In this document: piece by piece, positions 38,059 through 45,001 of the stretch
Layout of the letters: each line of letters opens with the position of its first letter
Position numbering within the stretch: the stretch's first letter is position 1
Program-made: the position numbers and the translations under genes
The notes under the pieces: generated by a model
Databases searched by the model: none
What the model was told of the DNA's origin: nothing
Seen by the model: the letters and a program-made list of their open reading frames with translations, nothing else
DNA from: Spirogloea muscicola
Lineage: Eukaryota
Assembly (NCBI GenBank): GCA_009602725.1
Contig: WELB01000027.1
Span: 948,790-993,790, forward strand
Length of the DNA: 45,001 bases
Reading direction: 5' to 3'

Positions 38059-38167
38059 AAAACATTCGTCACCGGCAAGGAGCCTGGCGAGCCTGAGGCG
38101 GGTCTGCGCGGGAGCCCGAGGCCTGCAACCCTCTGCGCCTCCTCGCGACGGCCTCGCGGCGGCGCCC

Positions 38168-41100
38168 ATGGCTGACCCCCGAGGGCCGCCCCGGCCGCTT
38201 CCCGCTCGTCGCCCCGAACCGCTCGCGCCGCTCCGCGCCTTCTCTGCTAACCTCCACCGTGGCCTGCCTGGCGAGCTCCCGCGTGCCCCTCGACGCCATG
38301 GCTGCCCCGGATGGCACCCCGCCTCCATCCCTCGCCTGCTGCTTGTCGCCTGCAGCACGCGGCCCCCTGCCCGCTTCTGACTCTTCTCCTCGTGGCATCT
38401 CGCCGCGTGCCTTCGCCTGCAGGCTCTGCGCAGGCAGCGAGCCCTGGCGATCTCCTGCACTTGCTTCCGGTGCTGGCTCTGCATTGCAGGCCACAGTCTT
38501 CTGGAGTTCCTCTCGGTGAGCTCAGACTGCTGACGCGCCTGCTGCTGAGGCCTCTGCGCAATGCATGAGTCTCAGACTGTCTTCATGTCGAAGTGCTATC
38601 TCGATGGCTTGTGTACTAGGCTGTCCAACAGCCTCAGACAGCAAATTCACAGGCACATACTTGCAACAACCACTGGAGACCTTGTCATGCCCCACAGATC
38701 CATTTCGCTCTTCCTCAGCCAATTAGTCAACAGGACTGCTAGTTCTCGATGGTGGCCCAGTCTTTGAACAGGCAAGTGGCTGAGCAGGTCCAGGTTACAG
38801 CCGGAGACAGCCCCAGTCCTGCTGCGCTGGCGCCCCTCCTCGGGACCTGCTCGCGTGGCTGATTACTCTGCTGCTCCCTGCATGCATTGTTTTGCGCTGC
38901 TCTCACCAGGTCCAGCTGTAGAGGCAGGCAGCGGCGGTGCAGACACCGGTGTAAAAGACAGCTGCACAAGCACCAGCGTGTCAAGCTCGGATATTTCTGC
39001 GGACCAGCCAGTGGCTCGTCGTATTAGCAAGCTGCACGCATGGGAAGACTTCGACAGTGCTAGGTATCAATGCTTCAACGCCCTCGCCGCTAATAAATTG
39101 CCCAATGCCATCAAGTAGCCAGAATGAGTGATGCCTGAGGGACGTACCTGGAATTAGATTCTCACAGCAGCCTACAGTGCACGCAGAAGCAGAACAACCT
39201 CACGGTTCATGACACACAGAGCAGATGAAAGTCCTCTACAAGCTTCTGCTCAAGACAGTGGATCATTTCTTGCTGAAGGCGGTGCTGAACTTTTTGATGC
39301 CGCGTACTGTCGGTATATACAGAAGCCTTTTGAGGCACCTCCTCAAGTCCTGCAAGTGAGAAACTTTTTCTTATCAGTGTGGAACTATTTCTAGAGCTTG
39401 TCAAATGAAGGAGCAGCTTCAGCCTGCATATGTCCTGCACTCTGTGCATCCAACTTGCAACTCCTGCAGGGGGTCCGTGCTATTCAATGCAGCAATTTCC
39501 AGGTGCTGCGAGGGATAGCAGTCCAGGATGCCGTCGCCTTTGCTGACTCTTTCTCTGAATACCGATATGACTTAGGAGGCCGATTTTGTGGACGATATCC
39601 ACTCTGGCTTGACTGGACTTGCAAATGAAGCCCTATCAAATCTGGGAGGAAGGTGCTCCACACAAAATAATGGACCTGCCATTCGGCTGAGTGGGACCAG
39701 TGCAGGCAGCATCTCTAGCCTCCTCACCATCCTATCCCATGCAGCAGATCTCTGTGTGGAGCTGCAAAGCTTTGTTTACCATTTCAAGAAGGTCCAGGAT
39801 CACAAGTCGCTGAAGAGCCGCTGGCAGCCTCCTGATCAACAGCAGTGCCAGCTCGATGGAGGATCAGAAACTGGACTGGACAGAGACTCAGAAGATGCTT
39901 CCAAGGTCCTGAGCAGACCGTGTGAGCTCGTCAACCAGGCCTTTTTATCTGCCGTGGACAACCTGATGCAGACATACATGTGGGAGCTAAACATGACGTT
40001 TGAGGCCGTTGAGAGGGAGCAATCTGCACAGCCTGCACAGAAGTCTGGGGACACTGGTCATGCTGATGCTTGTCAATACACAAGGGCCATGCTGCAAGAT
40101 ATTGTGTGGCTGCCCCAATCAGCCGCAATAGGGAGGAGAGCAGGCATTGCTTGCCAAGTTCCTTGCCATGCTAGATTCGCTTGGATCCACAAGGATACAA
40201 CACTGCTTGGTGTGTTTCATCAGACAGGTGAGATGCGAGCCCGATTGAGGGCATTAGCATCCATCTGTTTCTGCGGGCAGATTTGGGACAAGAGTGTCCG
40301 GGGACAAAAGGAGGACGACAAGTTGTTGGCATGCGATGGATGTCACTCTGTAGACCCAAGCAGTGCATCTGCGGTGCACGACACACAAAAAGGCTTCCCT
40401 CATGGCGCTGACTTGCTGACTTACCTCTATAGGCTCTACAAGGCGAGCTTCAGCTACTTTCCCCGTGCATTGACAAGGCTTTGCCATGCTCAGCTCTTGC
40501 TGACCTTGTACGGACGTATCTGAGAGCGTGTGGTTGTTATACCTCAGGTCAGTGATCCTGTGCACAGTAGCCTCCTGCATGTGCTTTTCTGGAGAGCTTG
40601 TGACCCCTACTTTGAGTACCTCCGCTCATACATTCACCATGCGGGCGCTGGTGATGCAAAAGTGGGTCTCATGGTGAGATCTTCGATCAGTCAATGCTGT
40701 AGGTCTGGCTCATTCTCTTGTTGTTGCACTTAAGCGGACCTCCTCTCCGGGTTAGAAGCTGGAAACGTGTCCACAGTCTTGGTGCAAGGAGCACTATTAT
40801 GTGACACTAGTAGCTCATTCACAACAGATTGACCTGTCGCAATCCAGGAGGCCTTGGACTTGCGGTTGCCCTGCTTTCTTCAAGAATTGGAGGTCCCTCT
40901 TCTGAGGACTGCCCAGCAGCTGCAGGTGCTGTCTGGATGTTTGGGTGGCCTGCAACATTCTCACGCAGACAAGCTAGCTGGCCCTCATTCAGGGCATTTG
41001 AACAATGTGTGTAAGCAAGCGGACGTACCTGAGCTTGCAGCTGGGACAGTTGAGGGTCAGACAGGAGAGATCAGGGAGGAAGCTGAGCCTTCAAGGCAGG

Positions 41101-42889
41101 ACTGTGTGGAGGACCTGTCAGAAGCTGCTCTTGGCAAAGCAAGTCAAACTACATTGACTACTAGTTCACGAACATTTGACCCCTCAACAGAGTCACGGCA
41201 GTCAAGGCATATGCAAGGGGTGCTGTGGGCTGATCCTCTTTTGCAGTCCTCCTTAAGTGCAACCCCTCTTTTCCAGGGATGCCAATTGCACCCGAAGCCC
41301 ATGGACGATGACAGTGCTGAACCAACAGGCGGCAGCCAGATGCCACTGGATATCGCCCTTGACAAGGGCATCATCCGCGACATATTGAGCCGCTACCACT
41401 TGATCAGCCAGCGCTGTGTTGCCCTGTTCTTGGAAGATCTCTCCTTGTCTCGCCACTTGATGACTCTGAGGCGGTTCTTCTTTCTGGGTGCTGGTGATTG
41501 GGCTGACCACTTCAGTGCTTCCGTTTGCCGACTGGTATGGGCATTTGACAATCTCGTGGCTCTGTGGCATTGTCCTGTTCATTGTTGCACAGAGCACCCA
41601 GTCTGCAAAAGCAGCTGACGCTCGAGTGTGGACTGCTGCCTGGCTGCAGAGCTGGGAAGGCAAAGCTACATGTTCAAGAGTTGCCGACGCTCTGGACGAA
41701 AGCCTGACTAGCACCAGCGGACGCTGGGATCCACAAAACCAGTGGTTACAAGTCCGGGTGGACAAGAAACTGCAGGATGACGGTGTTTCCTTTGTGCAAC
41801 TTCACTACAACGTGGAGTGGCCCCTGAGTCTGGTCCTGCACGGCACAGCCTTGATGCAGTATCAGGAGATATTCAGTGTGCTGCTCAATCTGAAAGCTGC
41901 AAGCCACTCCCTACACCATGTTTGGGAGGTACTGCGTGTGAGTATCCTTCAAGGGAGGGCTAGCTCTTTGTAATTTATCCTTGCCCGTACCACAAAATGC
42001 TACAGATTACTTGCAGATAGGTTGTTGATTTTGTACCCGCTAATCCTCACGCATTTGGCTTCTTCATGGTTCTACTTCAGCCAGTCACCAGAGCTCTCAG
42101 ATGCAGCCTGAAGAGCTCGCTGTGTCTGGATGGAAAGTTGAATTGGAAGCTGTACAGAAGATTGTATCTGAACCCGCCAGTGCTGACGCTCTTGCCATTG
42201 TCATGGCAGTACTTCAGCAAGTCACCGGAGCTCTCAGATATTAGCCTGAAGAGTCCGCAGCATCCCATGCAACAGCCAATTCTCCATCTCCTTAGGTGAG
42301 CTGCATGCTGCAAGTAAGAGCTTTTGAGCAACTTCTCACATTGCATTGCAGCACCAGCATGCTGACATGCTTGGTCATGCAGGCACATGCTGGCGCACAT
42401 CGTTAGAACAGTCCTTCACTGGATGCAGAGGCAGCTGCTCGAAAAGGAGTGGCGATATCTCAATGAATACCTGTCTGGAACAGTGAGTCCACAATCAGTG
42501 CCACAGAGTGCATGTATGCCAGGGTAGTTTCTCCTACTCTGTTGGGGCACAGGCTGGACCTGATCTGCTGTTACTGTCATGTGCAGATTGTTGACATTTT
42601 CGAGTGTATAGACAGGCACAATAGGTACTTGATGGCCTGTGTGGGTCATTGTCTGCTGTCACCACATCTGAGTGCGACAAGCAAGCTCCTGGATGCTGTT
42701 CTCAGTAAAGTGCCTAAACTGCGGTGCCTTGTGACAGCAATGAGGCGCAGTGATGACTTAGAGGCCGACGGCAGACATATTTTGAGTGAAGCTGATGAGA
42801 TTAAAAAAGCCCTCTTCAGTGACATGAAAAGCCTTGTGGAGAGCAATATGGTGCCTGATGACCTTCGATCACTGCTAAATTTTCTATGA
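38168..42889 (+). CDS. GCP6: Gamma-tubulin complex component 6 (Spc97/Spc98 family), multi-exon
   Basis: GRIP motifs GADLLTYLY, LF..ACDPYFEYLRSYI, LPCFL, PLDIALDKGI..IL..Y..IS….L..HL..LRRFFFLGAGDWADHF and LHYNVEWPLSLVL….Y..IFS.LL, typical of plant GCP6. Start inferred. Confidence 0.85.
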
Positions 42890-43494
42890 GGTCTTCGTGT
42901 TGACTGTGCATTCAACATCCTGCGTAATTTTTGACATGAGTATCAGACAATTGATTGTGCATGGGACCTCTGCGGGGAGATTGCAAAGCCTCACTCCACC
43001 CAATGAGGTAATCAAGGTTGACTGACCACATATTCCAACAAGTGTACAGAAAGCGCCAACTTTCAGTGAGCCAGCAGCAAGTTCTTAGGCCATTGCATAG
43101 TAGCATATTGAGAATGTGCTGCTTCCACCACGTAAACAACGTTCTTTGAGCCTTCACTTGTACACCTTGTGTGTGGCTCCGGCACTGGCATGGGAAGGTT
43201 CCTCCCAATGTCGCGCCGCACAGTGGCTGTGTGGGACAGAACCATGGGATATGAGGGTTGTGCACCAAACAGTACCAGCAGGTTGGCGAGTGAAGGTTGG
43301 AACTTGACACTGGTGTGTGCTCGCCCACAGAGCGTGCACCATGTGAACTTTGGAGCATTGCCAAAGAGCCACTAGAGGCCTGAACAAATAAGCTGAACGT
43401 TGGGGTAGTACGACAATTTCCTTGCCTTCTCAGGAGGCAACGTGTGGCCGCAGGCAGTAAAGATACTGCGTCAATTGTGCTCCAGTAGAAGATG

Positions 43495-44599
43495 CTATAG
43501 CGTTTGCAGTTTTTCTTCCAAGAAGGCCTCGATGTGCTCTGTCTTCCAGGCATCAATCCTGCAACCCCCACACAACAATGCCAATCAAGCAAGCAGGCTG
43601 CTCCAGCTAACTGCCCCACAGAGCAGGCCTTCCAGAGCACTGAGCACCTTGCAATCGGCCCGTAGACCAACGAGCATGATGAGGATGAAGTGCCAGCTAA
43701 GCTAGGTGGTCAAGTGGCTGGCTGTACACGTCAGCTCTCAAAGATGCGCACTTTGTGCTGAGACCTAAAATGATCTTGCATGAGGCACATGCCCACAGCA
43801 CTGTGGCATGCGAGCTGAATGTACTTAAGGACCTGATCGTGTCAAGCACGTTGCCTTCGACGTCGTGGAGTAGCAGGCGAGGACTCTGATTTCCTCGCCA
43901 CTGCAGTGCGACATTCTTGTAGTTGGCCAGCTTCTCCTCGATGAAGTCAGCAACACCCTGGTAGTACTGCAGCCGCATCTGGCACACCTCCAAAGTTGCC
44001 CTCGCGAACCGCATCTGCAACAAGGGGCGCGGGTGCTCAATAGCACGACTGACAGAGAGTGTTCAGCAACACCGACTTCTAAGGAACCGCGGTATGTGCT
44101 CTGATGCACATGTCAGTGCGTCTACGATGCAGTGAGGAGGTGCAGTGAGGCTGTCGTTTGCTGGCTGTTAGGCAGCATGCTGCTGACAGAGGGGGGGAGC
44201 GAGGTGGAGGCGAGATTCTCTGTGCAGGCGCACCTTGTGGAGCGGGTCCTCGTCGTCCTGCGTGCAGCACTGCTGGCACTCGGCCACAAGCTCTGCAGCA
44301 GGCGCGGGAGGACAAGGCAGGGTGAGAGCAGGTGTCAGCAGGCGCTGCGGCGACTGGCGCCACGAGCGATGCGCAGCTAACACGGGCCGCGATGGCGGCG
44401 GCTGGCGCGCACCGGCGTCGTCGACGTACTCCGCCTGGGAGGCGCAGTGAGAGCAGGCGAGGGGCCCTGGGAAGCCCAGGCCCGCACAGCGCTCCGCCGC
44501 CGGGGGCTCCTGGCCGCGGGCGCAGCTGGCCAGCGCGGCGGCGAGCAGCAGCAGCAGCGGCGGCAGCAGGGACCGCGGCTGCGGCGCGGCGGCGGCCAT
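43495..44599 (-). CDS. SELENOF: Selenoprotein F/Sep15-like ER redox protein, non-Sec plant type (exons 44599-44413, 44292-44234, 44014-43833, 43558-43495)
   Basis: Signal peptide, Cys-rich region (C..LGF…L.CS.C…ECQQCC), then ATLEVCQMRLQYYQGVADFIEE…SPRLLL…IRIDAWKTEHIEAFLEEKL. All splice phases are consistent. Confidence 0.9.
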
Positions 44600-44754
44600 G
44601 GCCGGGGCCACGGGCACTGCCCTGCCTGCCCAGCCCGGGCTCCGCTGATGCAGGCGTGGAAGCCGTGGAGCACCGTCGGCTGGCACCTGGCCGGCTTGCA
44701 CAGGCCGCTTGAGCCGAGCCGGCGGCAGCAGAAGGCGTCGCTTCGGCCGCAGCG

Positions 44755-45001
44755 AAAGAAGAAGAAAGCGGCTGCTGATATGAAAGAGTCGGCTGTGAAA
44801 TGCCAGCCAGATGCATACAGGTGTTCCTGACGGAGCCGTAGGCTAGGCAGACAGGGCGCCCTCAATACCCCCGTGTCAGCAGTAGGAAGTCAGATGAGCT
44901 GAGGGGAGGAAGAGCAACCCCGCTGCGCAAGCCAGAGGCTGCTGCAAGGGCGCGACCAGCGCGGCGGTGCAAAGCAAGCGCTTGGGAGCGCTGCAGGGAC
45001 A
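44755..45001 (-). mobile_element. Family-2 retrotransposon 3' end upstream of SelenoF, continuing past the window edge
   Basis: SLQRSQALALHRRAGRALAAASGLRSGVAL…LLLTRGY* followed by the family-2 UTR and a ttcttcttcttt tail. Confidence 0.8.

Overview
Eukaryotic nuclear DNA with GT-AG introns and GC/CpG-rich gene starts. The proteins are plant-like, so a streptophyte green alga is the most likely source (inference). About 80% of the window is one large inverted duplication: arm A (~1-16433) and arm B (~19241-36278). Each arm carries RAMP4/SERP1, RIF1, a cyanobacterial-type DUF4346 gene and the 5' part of an FKBP53-like gene. The arms are clearly diverged except for ~1.3 kb of FKBP53 that looks identical, and the RIF1 copy in arm B is pseudogenised. 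Arm A alone carries a mosaic mitochondrial insertion (atp6 + cox3 fragments). After an N gap come the first exon of an LYRM1-like gene, gamma-tubulin complex component GCP6 and a non-Sec SelenoF/Sep15 homologue. The most unusual feature is in the intergenic and promoter regions. They hold stacks of 5'-truncated 3' ends from several related CRE-like (RLE) non-LTR retrotransposon families. These share a GGCTG-loop-CAGCC hairpin and a TTC/TTTC tail, insert into one another with visible target-site duplications, and differ between the two arms. I found none inside gene bodies.
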